Assembly (NCBI GenBank): GCA_951406725.2
Contig: OX597819.1
Span: 53,878,001 to 53,942,000, forward strand
Direction: 5' to 3'
Origin: Octopus vulgaris
Lineage: Eukaryota
Length of the DNA stretch: 64,000 nucleotides
How positions within the stretch are numbered: the stretch's first letter is position 1; every line of letters starts with the position of its first letter. The notes below the pieces were generated by a model, which saw nothing but the letters and a program-made list of their open reading frames with translations, was not told the origin of the DNA and did no database searches. This document shows positions 11,690 through 22,775 of the stretch, in pieces. The translations under genes and the position numbers were made by a program.

Positions 11690-13275
11690 GCAAAAACTTG
11701 CCCTTCGACCATTCAGGATTAATAAAATAAGTACCAGCACTGATGGTTATTGTAATCAACTTACTCCCTCCCCAAAATTGCTGACATTGTGCCAGAATTT
11801 GAAACCATTATTATTAGTAGTAGTCTTAAGGTGTCAAGGTGGCAAAATAGTTATCATGCTGGGCAAAATGCTTAGCAGCATTTCATCCATCTTTACATTC
11901 TGAATTTAAATGCTGCTAAGGCCAACTTTGACTCATAAATTAAGGGCCAGTTGAATACAGCAGTCAATGTAAACAACTCGCCCTCTGCCACCAGATTGGC
12001 CTACCCTGAATATGCTTTTCTATACAGGTGAAAAGTTACTGGAAGAGGGCAGTTTTGATGCCTTGAGTGTAGCAGAGTAATCGAAGTCTTTTGTGTAGGT
12101 TTTACCCTAAATTACCCTAGCTAGTTTGGTGGGGGTTAGCCGGTTACATTGACCCCCAGTGTTTGACGGATACTTATTTTATCAACCCCAAAAGGATGAA
12201 AGGCAAAGTCAACTTCAGTGGAATTTGAACTCAGAATGTAAAGACAGAAAAATGCTTCAGCATGTTAATAATTCTGCCAGCTCGACATTTACATCTTTAC
12301 ATTCTGAGTTGAAATGCTGCCAAGGTGAACTTTGCCTTTCATCCTTTCGGGGTCGATAAATTAGGGGCCAGTTGAATACTGTGTTGAATGTAATTGAATC
12401 GCCCCCCCTGCTACCAAATTTCAGGCCATGTGTTTATAGTAGACAGGATTATTATTATTATTGTTAGAGTTATTAGTTTTTATTAGCCTGCGATGTAGCA
12501 GCACTATCAAACCCTCTTGGATGGAAGATCTAAGACAACTGGATGAAATTAATGTGATTGTATCCAAACTGCTGCGCTAATCAGTAACAGGGATATTGAG
12601 AAAGCCACAATTCTGGTGAAAAAATTGCTCAAGAGGCAAAGCAAATTTAGTGAGTTCAGAGCAGTAAAGGTCATCGGTTGTGACAATATTATTAGTATTA
12701 AAGATATTATTAGTAGTAGTATTAAGGCAGTGGGGTGACAGAATTGTTATTGCACCAGGCGAAATGTTTAGTGGCAATTTGTCTATCTTCACATTCTGAG
12801 TTCAAATTCCGCTGATGTTGACCTTGAATTTCAACATTTTGGGATCGATAAAATAAGTACCAGTTGAGCACTGGAGATTTGGGGTCGATGTAATCAGCTT
12901 ACTCCTCCCCCGAAATCACTGACTTTGCACAAGAATTTGAAATCTTTATTATTTGTAATAGTCTTAAGGTGACAAGGTGACAGAATAGTTAGCATGCTGG
13001 GCAAAAGGCTTAGCAACATTTCATCCATCTTTACATTCTCAGTTGAAATGCTGCCAGCATGCTAACAATTTTTTGCTACTAAAGGCACAAGGCCTGAAAT
13101 TTAGAGGGAGGGTACTAGTTGATTACTTCGACCTCAGTGTTTCACTGGTACTTAATTTATTGACCCCGGAAGGATGAAAGGCAAAGTCAACTTTGGTGGA
13201 ATTTGAGCTCAGAATGTAGTGACAGGCAAAATACTGCTAAGCGTTTCATCCAGCGTGCTAACAATTCTGCCTTAA
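11690..13275. mobile_element. Dense cluster of SINE family A copies and fragments in both orientations
   Basis: + copies at ~11830, ~12290, ~12720 and ~12970; - copies at ~12130-12285 and ~13060-13272. Confidence 0.7.
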
Positions 13276-14681
13276 TGCCTTAACAATAATAGTAATTATA
13301 TATATATTTAGAGAGAGAGGGGCAGGGAGAGAGAGAGGGAGAAAGAGACTGACAGACAGACAGATAATCTATTCATGTGCGTGTTTGTGCCTCTGCATCT
13401 TGTGTGATAGTTGTAGATGAGTGTAACTATCATACAAGTGGTGTCATTTATTCTGAGTCTTTCATGAAAGCCTGTCCAGTTGCAGAGAAATCTGTCTCCA
13501 TGAATTCCATCTGCTCCTTGCAAGCATGTAAAAGCAGAGATTAAAATGACAATGATGGCAATGATAATAACCATAGTGATCCATAAGTTTTCTGTTTTGA
13601 ATCCAACTGTTTCTGTAGTTAAATCTTAAAGAGAATAATCTCTCCAAGCCTTATTTGCTCCATGATATACCACATGAAGAAAGAAGCCTGTGGTCCAGCA
13701 GATTATGGGACTCTTCCCAACTGTGAATATTCATGCAAGCCATACATGAATGTCTGTGTGTGACTATGTATGACTGTCTTCTGGCTAATGTGATTTCCGT
13801 TCATTAGGTATGAGAACATTTTCGATGGGTTGACAGCAATACTGGATCAATAGTATTATCACTCCACTAGTATATTATCAGTCCTTAATTTATTGATCTT
13901 GGAAGGATTGAACAGCAAAGTAAACCTAAGCACAATAAGAACTCTGAAAAATAAATAACGTAAATCATGAAGCCAAACTCCCTGCTGTTAGCACTAGAAA
14001 GAAAAATATAAAAATGATCTTGCTAATTATATTACTGCATATACACACATCAGCTATACAACACCATATAACATTCTGTGCTATAATCACTATATTTTAT
14101 ATACATGACTTCGAAGACCCGACAAATGAAGTAAGTATACTGTGACTTCGAAGATAAATGAAATGAGTTCATGGCTCACAGGACGGCCTGCCATGTTAAT
14201 CTTAGATCGTAGGGTGACTTGCTGCGCTTGAGGAGACCTATTGAGTCAAGTACATCAACATCAAAATAAAAATCAAATGGATATTGTAGTTGTGATACCC
14301 ATGCCAGTGGCACGTTGGGCCTCATAGACGAAATGACAAAAGACCAAGACCTCTGTGATATGCTGTGACTGCGAAGACCCGACAAATGAAGTGAGTTCAT
14401 GGCTCGCAGGACAGGCTGCTGTGCTAACCTTGGATTGTAGAGCCACCCGCTGTGCTTGAGGAGACCTATTGAGTCAAGTACATCAACTTCAAAATAAAAA
14501 TCAAATGGAAATTGAAGTTAAGATACCCGTGCCAGTGGTACGTAAAAGCACCATCCGAATGTGGCTGATGCCAGCACCGCCTGACTGGCGTCCATGTCGG
14601 TGACACATAAAAAGCACCAACCGATCATAGCCGATTGCCAGCCTCCTCTGGCCCCTGTGCTGGTGGCACGTAAAAAGCATC

Positions 14682-14718
<37 letters not shown>

Positions 14719-14939
14719 AGGTTAGGTTAAAGTAGTGAGGAAAGGCAAACAATTAGGTAGGGCAAGATAAGGACATTTAATTTAATATAAATAACGAAAG
14801 GTAAAAATAGTAAAATTTTGGTGGCACACCTATTTGAGCGCTCAGAACATATACCTATTAGTTTGAGGCACCCTGGTGAAGACTCCTCATGAAAGACAAC
14901 TGGTTTTGAATAGTAAATACGTTCATTAAGCAGAGTCCT

Positions 14940-15330
14940 TACAAAGACACATGGACGCACACATACACACATACACACACGAACAGACACATGCACACAA
15001 ACATACACACACACATGGACGGACACACATGCATGCACTAACACACACACACATGCAAAGACAAACAAGGACACAGACATGCCCTCACACCCACACAGAT
15101 ACACTCATATACACATACACACACACAAACATGCATACAGAAGTACAGATGCACACACAAACACAGAGGAACTCACACACATGTGAATGCAAACACATAC
15201 ACACAAACACATAAAGACACACTGAGACACAGACACACACTCATACACACACACGTACATGCAAACACAGACACACACTCATACACACATGGACACACGC
15301 GCACATACGTATGCTCATGCTCACACACAG
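14940..15330. repeat. Degenerate CA-rich microsatellite
   Basis: Visible directly. Confidence 0.85.
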
Positions 15331-15991
15331 ATAGATATCAATTTATTCAACGTTTATCAAAGAAAGAAGACGGTTTAACTGTCTTTGAGAGAAACGTTAT
15401 ATGGTTGAATGCGTGAGTTTGTGAAGAAAACAAAGAGAAAGCCAAAATAGCTTTCTTATTTATATGAAAAATGACATAGTATTTAAAAAAACACACACAC
15501 ACACACATACGGATGCAGACACTTATGTATAAACACACACACATGCGGACATACACACACTCATATACTCATCTCGGACAGATCTCGGACGAATCCCAAT
15601 GCTGGAATATAAGTTCAAAAGAAATGGAAGTAGAGAGACGTTTCACTGAAGAGATTCAACAATGCGATGAAATAATTATTTGACAAAAAAAAAAGAAATA
15701 ACAACACTAACAACACTGGACATTTGAATGATTAACTGTTTGACTAAAGTATTTAACATATGAGTTTGAAAAACTAGTAAAAAAACTGCTAATCGGAGTA
15801 ATTAACCCATTAACTAACAATAACAATAAAGGACCAAACCAGTGTGTGTGTTTATTATTACCAGCATAATGCCCCTCCCAAGGTTCAATAGTATTTTTTT
15901 CAACACACGAATTCACATCAAAGAATCTTGCAAACAAAATATGTATTGGCGATTTTCTTCCTCCATCTTCCTTTCTATTGAACTTTCCTCT

Positions 15992-16026
15992 GTTTCTGAA
16001 GAAGAGCATTGCTCGAAACATTAAAC
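15992..16026 (+). ncRNA. Minimal type-I hammerhead-like motif (Penelope type), probably inactive
   Basis: gttt-CTGAAGA-a-gagc(att)gctc-GAAAC-att-aaac. Stem I gttt/aaac and stem II gagc/gctc pair; one change from the palindromic GAAACGTT. Confidence 0.5.
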
Positions 16027-16303
16027 CATCTTTCTTTCCTTCCCTGAGCGTCTGCTACTACTTTAGGGTTTTTCATCCATGATGTCAACCCTAGTGCTTA
16101 TTCCAATTTGGTACTTATTTTAACTGTCTCCATTGAATGGCTAATTTTGACCTATTTTTAGCATAAAGGATGTATCTGGTCCTATTTGTTTGCACATTTA
16201 TTCACAAATGCACTGAAATGCATATATGCAAAAACTTACATACATCCATATACACACATATAGACACACACACACATGCACACACATGTATGTATATACT
16301 GTA

Positions 16304-16348
<45 letters not shown>

Positions 16349-16403
16349 CTTTTAGAAAAACCTAAATCTGGAGTAGAAGCACACTCGAAGAAGTAGAGCA
16401 GTC

Positions 16404-16591
16404 TATATTTTTTCCTGGTGAAGGCTGGTTTATGGGATTACCCTGGGTTTCCCATCCATAAAGGGTTTAATTTATGTCATATTGTAAGACCCCCAAGACT
16501 TGTTGGCCAACAGGTTTTGGGTTCTGATGATGTGCCATAAAGTTAAACCCTTTATGGATGGGTAACACCATAAACCGGCCTTCACTAAGGA

Positions 16592-16599
<8 letters not shown>
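16404..16599. repeat. Imperfect palindrome centred on ttgg|ccaa (16506/16507)
   Basis: Paired blocks gtgaaggctggtttatgg/ccataaaccggccttcac, cccatccataaagggtttaa/ttaaaccctttatggatggg and cccaagacttgttgg/ccaacaggttttggg. Confidence 0.88.
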
Positions 16600-16629
<30 letters not shown>

Positions 16630-16666
16630 CATATGTGTCGCCAATATTTCATTCCATATTGGCTAC

Positions 16667-16750
16667 CTCTGATGAGCGTAGGGTGACATAATCAAATTGT
16701 TATCTAACACTCTGTTGAATCCCTAGCGTGAAACCTATTGGTAAGGTCAG
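16667..16750 (+). ncRNA. Type-I hammerhead-like motif with intact core
   Basis: CTGATGA (16669-16675), stem II gcgtaggg...ccctagcgt, GAAA (16730-16733), stem III acct/aggt and GTC triplet (16746-16748). Proximal stem I is only ct/ag. Confidence 0.5.
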
Positions 16751-16808
16751 CTCTAATGAATATATAATACTGAAACTGTGGATAATATATATATGTATAT
16801 GTATGTAT

Positions 16809-17324
16809 ACATTATTTATATTTGACAGATATTTATCCTCATCTTGTTTGTTGCTAACACAACGTTTTGGCTGATATACTCTCCATCAGATGTCTTGAGA
16901 AAATTTAAAACCTGGGTTCTCATTCCTAAGGTGTTTTTCAATGTCATTATTATTATTCAGGTCACTGCTTGGAATCGAACTCGGAATCTTGAGGTTAGTA
17001 GCCCACACTCTTAACTACTATGCCATATGCCCGTGGGCAATTATGGAGTGAATTTTAGGGTTAATAAACCTAATATTTTCCTATCCTTCCTCAATACTGA
17101 TTCCCATATGCTACTCTTATCTGCACTCGGTCTGCTAAGGGGGTTATTATGTCCTATCATATGTGCTGCTTCTTTTAGTTTTTATATTTTCCAGTGGTGT
17201 TCTCTGTCTATTATTTTAACTTCATTCCACAGACACCTGATGAAAACTGGAGAGTATATCAGCTGAAATGTTGTGTTAGCAACAAACAAGATGAGGACAA
17301 ATATCTGTCAAATGTAAATAATGT
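16809..17324. mobile_element. Element with ~90-bp terminal inverted repeats carrying hammerhead-like remnants (Penelope pLTR-like) and an internal tRNA-like head
   Basis: 16809-16895 is the reverse complement of 17230-17324. The right arm reads acac-CTGATGA...GAAAtgtt-gtgt. A tRNA-like A/B-box segment lies on - at ~16960-17031. Confidence 0.6.
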
Positions 17325-17391
17325 GCATAATTCCTCATCTCTCAAATATAGAACTGTATATGTATGTATGTATAGATGTATATGTGAATGT

Positions 17392-17941
17392 CAGGTCACT
17401 CTCGAGTGCTACTGGTAACATGTAACCCAGTACAACCTGTTGCATGGTTGGGCCGTCAGCGACTAAACCGGCAACCCCACCAAGCTTGCTTGGTGAGGAG
17501 GGTGTTTATTGGACACCCTGCGGGATGAAAAACAAAACCCGTCAAAGGGCGGAGGAACTCTTGAGAGTCAACGGCCATCCAATAAATGTCTTAAGGCTGT
17601 ATCATGCGCAGGGACATAGAAATAATCGGACTGAATACCCGATCGCGCGGTTAAACCATTGGGAGTGAAGGACTCCTAGCCTTTGTTAGGGCATGCTTCT
17701 AGGAGAAGGTAACTCAGGTAACTGGGATAACTCCGACATAAAACCTGCAGCTCAGTGGTTCACAATGATGTTGACTTGTTCTTCTTTTCGGATTATGGCT
17801 GCTGTTGCTTAGTGAGTAGGATTGGCTCAGTGCACAGCCTTTCCTCACTTTAAAAAAAGTCTCTTGCACAGGCATTGCACGATAACAACATTGATTAAGC
17901 TTTGTGCAATGGCCATACTCGATAACGAGGGGGCAGCCACC
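17392..17941 (+). mobile_element. 550-bp non-autonomous retroelement, probably derived from RTE 5' and 3' UTRs
   Basis: Perfect 12-bp TSD atatgtgaatgt (17380-17391 and 17942-17953). It is GC-richer than the flanks, carries the RTE-5'UTR-like motif ctaggagaaggtaactc...aaaacc and a 3' stem-loop ctcg-ataa-cgag, and has no transposase or RT ORF. Confidence 0.7.
17394..17471 (+). ncRNA. Decayed HDV-like self-cleaving ribozyme candidate
   Basis: Nested double-pseudoknot order: P1 ggtcac/atggtt, P2 ccagt/accgg, P3 aca/tgc with loop acctgt, GG for P1.1, P4 ccg-tcag-cga, J4/2 CTAA. There are several mismatches and L3 is short. Confidence 0.45.
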
Positions 17942-18722
17942 ATATGTGAATGTGTTTGTGCTTGTCTACCCACCCCTCTCAGCTGCTTGACAACTAGTGT
18001 TGGTTTGTCTACATCCTATATAACTTAGTAAATAGTACCAGGCTTATATAAGTGTGGTACTTATGTAAGAATAAGTACTGGACTTAAAAATAAGTACTGG
18101 GCCCAGTCTATTTGACAAAAGCCCATCAAGATGGTGTCCCGGCATGGCTGCTGTCCAATTACTGAAACAAGTAAAGGAGTAAAGATAAAGATAGAATTTT
18201 TTGTGTGGTAAAACTTACATAAAACATAATGACATTATAAATTAAGTTATAGTAATGATTGCTTTACAGCTTCCTTTAGTTAAATAATTAATTGTCCTCA
18301 CCAGATATGTTTGTACATCTGTAACTAGTTTATCCAGTATTTGGAGAGCATTGGTGAAGGGGAGTGTTAGTAGTTGGAAGTTTGCTTGTTTGATGGTATT
18401 TTTTCTTGGTTGTAAAATGGGGAAAGTTTAAAACTTGCAACAAAGTATTTAACCTAAAGGTGAACACAAGTTACCAGTTGCTAGCAGGAACCCTTTAACA
18501 CCAGACAAGCTTTTTATTTATTGTTGTTGATGCTATTGTTTAACCCTAAGTCATCTTTAATTGAATAGACATATGATTAAAGACTTACCATTCATGGCTA
18601 CTCTGTTTTGCTTTCAGGGATAGTGTATCCACAAGAACGACATTATTTAAATTTCTTTTACACATTTGTTTTCAAAAGAAAGTAGGAGAGTATGTTTTGA
18701 AGGATATTTGGCTACTATTTCT

Positions 18723-18954
18723 TATTTTTTTACTGTCCACGAGGGGCTACACACAGAGGGGACAAACAAGGACAGACAAACGGATTAAGTTGATTATATC
18801 GACCCCAGTGCGCAACTAGTACTTATTTAATCAACCCCGAAAGGATGAAAGGCAAAGTTGACCTCGGTGGAATTTGAACTCAGAATGTAGTGGCAGACAA
18901 AATACACCAGTAAGCATTTCGCCCGGCTTGCTAACGTTTCTGCCAGCTTGCTAT
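18723..18954 (-). mobile_element. SINE family A copy
   Basis: 16-bp TSD tttggctactatttct (18707-18722 and 18955-18970). Confidence 0.85.
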
Positions 18955-19194
18955 TTTGGCTACTATTTCTAGCTGATCGAGTGACAACATAGAGGTTTTT
19001 TCATTAGCTCAACATCAAACAAGTAGCCTTGCTTAATGGTTAGGAAGGGAGCAGGCAAAAGTTCACCATTATGTTGATATTGTAAACAAAAGCTGTGTTG
19101 TTATTATTACAGCGGGTACTGGATTTATTTAGCTCTACTTGATGCTTTGAATAAACTTAATAACATGAAATGAAGCCATAAACTAATTGAATTG

Positions 19195-19490
19195 CAGAAA
19201 GTTGTGGATAAATTCAGTAATTTAGGTGACATAATTAATGCTGGGGGTAGGGACAGCTTGGTGGCTAGGGATCAAGGAAGTTACAGAGGTAATTTAGAGA
19301 ATTGTTGTTTCTGTCAGCAACAAATCTTCTTCTCAGAACAGTGTTAACAAATACTTTTAACACCCAGTCATTTTTTCAGTGTATCATATGAGGCAGATTG
19401 GGTGTGATGGTGTTTAGCTATGAAAGATGTGCTGTGAATATAGAGACTCTACAGGAGTTAGAGAGGAACAAGATAAACAGGGTCCTTTAG
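19195..19490 (+). mobile_element. Highly decayed RTE-like RT fragment
   Basis: VVDKFSNLGDIINAGG and FRELL motifs. Confidence 0.45.
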
Positions 19491-20398
19491 GTGCTCAATT
19501 AATTTACGATACGTAACTTTTAACTTTTATCTTTTACTTGTCTCAGTCATTTGACTCTGCTCCTGCTTGGGCACTGTCTTGAAAAATGTTAGTCAACTGA
19601 ATCAACCCCAGTACTTATATTTTTGTAAAGCCTGGTTCTTTTTCCATCAGTCTCTTTTGCCGAACTGCTGAGTTACAGAGACATAAACACACTGACACTG
19701 ATTGTCTAGTGGTGGTGAGGTGGAGCGGGGAGACAAACACATGCACAAAAACACACACACATATATTATATATATATGTGTGTGTGTGCGTAGGCACAAT
19801 GGCCCAGTGGTTAGGGCAATGGACTCGCGGTCGTAGGATTGCAGTTTCGATTCCCAGACCGGGTGTTGTGAGTGTTTATTGAGCGAAAACACTTAAAGCT
19901 CCATGAGGCTCTGGCAGGGGGTGGTGGCGATCCCTGCTATACTCTTTCACTGCAACTTTTTCTCACTCTTTCTTCTGTTGGCCTGCTCGCTTAGCCAGTG
20001 GGGTGGCATCATTTGAAGGCTAAAACAATGCGAAGCACATTGTGACCAGCGATGTGTAGCAACATCTGATAGCCTGATCGGTCACAGTGATCACGGTGAT
20101 ATATATATATATAAATATAGAAAGAGAGGGAAATATACAACAGGCTTCTGACAGTTTGCATCTACCAAATCCAACTCTCAATGCTTTGGTTAGCCTGAGG
20201 TCATCGTAGAAGACACTTACTCAAGGTGCCATGCAATGGGATTGAACCCAGAACCATGTGGTTGGGAAACAGACTTCTTACCACACAGCCACACCTGTAT
20301 GTGTGAGAAAGGGACTAAATATCAAAGGCATTTGGCAACACTGTTTTGACCTTTAAGCATTTAAATCAACCAAGGCAGATGGAAACTGAAAGAAGCTC

Positions 20399-20432
<34 letters not shown>

Positions 20433-21184
20433 CATATTACTGTTTCCTAGTGTTGGCTTTGTATGATAGTTGTAAACAAGTATCACCATCATATAAGCAG
20501 TGTCCTGCATTCCCAGAGTATATAGAATTTAGGAGGAAATGCTAATAAGGTATGTATACTAAAAGCGTGAAGCATCTTACATAATAACAGGCTAATCAGA
20601 TATGCGATAATAACAATTCAAAGTAAATAACTCTGAAAAGGGCTTTTGTGCATTCCCAGAGAATATTACCCTCAGGAGTGGTAATGTTGGTATATTCGTG
20701 AATAAGTCATTAACCGAAAATATGTGGATCTATTGTTAAGGAAAATACTATTTACTTGTTTAAGGGTTGTACTGGATAAATTGCTAAAATAACTCTAACC
20801 ATTCAAATACTAAGAAATAAGCATACTCAATTTGATTTATACCAAATGATTTAGGAAAATGAATGGGTTATTTCCCTTGGCTGTTAAAATCTGGACGAAT
20901 GGGTTATATTAGATATATATATATATAAGGATCCCTTCCAGGAGCCCTATTATTAATTTTTTCAACAATCTGAGTATACCATGTGGTTTGCAGACATGAG
21001 TTCTACTCACATATCAAGTTTCATCAAATTCGATAAAATGATGTAGGAGGAGTTAGCTAACAACTCCACAAACACACCCACAGACAGAATTTCCCACATA
21101 TGTAGTAGATGTCCTGCACCACTGTGTTTTGCTTCTTACGATTGGTTGCATTCACACTATACAGTTTGTGATTTGTTGGACTAT

Positions 21185-21390
21185 GGTGATACAATGTCAT
21201 CGTCATTACCGTCATTGTTCTCATTGTCGCTGTCGTTGTTATCATTGTCGTCAACACCTCCACCACCACCACCACCATCACTGCCACTACAACCATCATT
21301 ATCATCATCATCATCCTCACCAGTAACAGCAGCAGCAGCATCACCACCACCACCATCATCATGATCATCCTCATCACTACTACTACCACC
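21185..21390. repeat. Mixed trinucleotide repeats (TCA/CCA/GCA); similar tracts at 21815-21895, 22452-22560 and 27210-27330
   Basis: Visible directly. Confidence 0.85.
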
Positions 21391-21813
21391 ACATTGATTT
21401 AACTCCAGTGTGTATGTGGGTGTGCATAAGCATACCTGTGTGTGTGTGTGTGTTATGTTTTGCTTACTAACAATTGTCACCAAACCAAAGTTGCTGAGCA
21501 GATAATGTATCAGATTACTTATCCATGGATTTGAGTTCAAATCTACTCGCATTTTGTTTTGTTTCAAGATACGAAGTTTTATTCCGTATTGTCTCAGTTG
21601 ACTTCACTGTCAAGAATAGTTAACAGAACAAACATACTGGGAAGCTGTAGCTTTTAAGACCAAGGTGGGACACTTTCCTAGGCTGTGACATGCTCTTGCC
21701 TTTAATTACTATCAACCAAATTATTTAGCTTCAGAGTTTACATCTTTCAATGGAAAAAATTAAATCTTATTATCTTGTTGTTACTACTACATGCTGACCT
21801 TGATAATAATCTT

Positions 21814-21862
<49 letters not shown>

Positions 21863-22049
21863 GCCACCACCACAACCAACAACAACAACAACTACTGTTA
21901 CTGCTACCTCCTCCCCCTCCCCTTCTTCTCATTGTCATCACTGTCTTAGTGATAACAATGATAAGAAGAAGAGAAAGATCTTCATCATCATTGTCATCAC
22001 CATCATCATTCTAATCATCCTTACCATCATCGTCATCATTGTCATCATT

Positions 22050-22775
22050 AGAGCATCAGACAAAATGCCAATTCAAATCCTGTCAAAATAAACTTTGCTT
22101 TTTGTTCTTCAGAATTGATAAACTAAAGTAGCAGTCTCATACTGGTGTTGATGGCAACGGCTAATACCTTACCTTCAAAACTTTTGGCATTGTGCCAAAG
22201 TTAGAAAGAATTATCGTCGTCATCACCGCCGCCATCATCGTCGTTATTTTTAAGGTTGCGAGCTGGCAGAATCATTACAGCACTGGGCAAAATTCTTGGT
22301 GGCATTCCATCTGTCTTCACATTCTGTGCTCAACTTTGTCTTTCATCCTTTTGAAGTCAATGAAATGAGTACCTGTTGAGAACTGGGATTGATGTAATCG
22401 ACTAGTTCCCTCCCACCGCAGAAAAAAATTTCAGGCCTTATAGTAGAAAGGGTCATCATCATCATCATCATCGTCATCATCATCATCATCATCATCACCA
22501 TCACCATCATCATCATTATCATGATCATCATCAGCAGCAGCAGCATCATTGTTGTCATCGTTGTCACTATTATTAAGCTGGAAGAATCATTGGCGTGTTG
22601 GAGTAAATGATTAGCAGCATATTGTCTGGGTCTTCACATTCTGAGTTCAAATTTCACCAAAATTGATATTTCACAAAATTTACCTTTTGAGTTTGATAGA
22701 ATACAATGCTGTGGTTGATGTAATCAACTAACCACCTTCCCCTAAAATTGCTCTTTTGCCTTTTTGCCAAAATTA
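22050..22775 (+). mobile_element. Three tandem degenerate SINE family A copies separated by (ATC)n
   Basis: Each repeats the core motif and ends in ..tagaaag followed by catcat repeats. Confidence 0.65.

Noticed and set aside
16960-17031. tRNA gene (also tRNA-like heads at 6647, 11200, 19792 and 55310)
   Set aside because: A/B boxes are present but there is no convincing acceptor stem, and the segments are embedded in repeats; they are tRNA-derived heads.
21057-21567. Poly-His/Pro/Gly/Asp ORFs (also 21775, 22343 and 27168-27499) as possible low-complexity FoxJ1 exons
   Set aside because: They are mixed trinucleotide repeats open in several frames on both strands, with no forkhead or other conserved motif.
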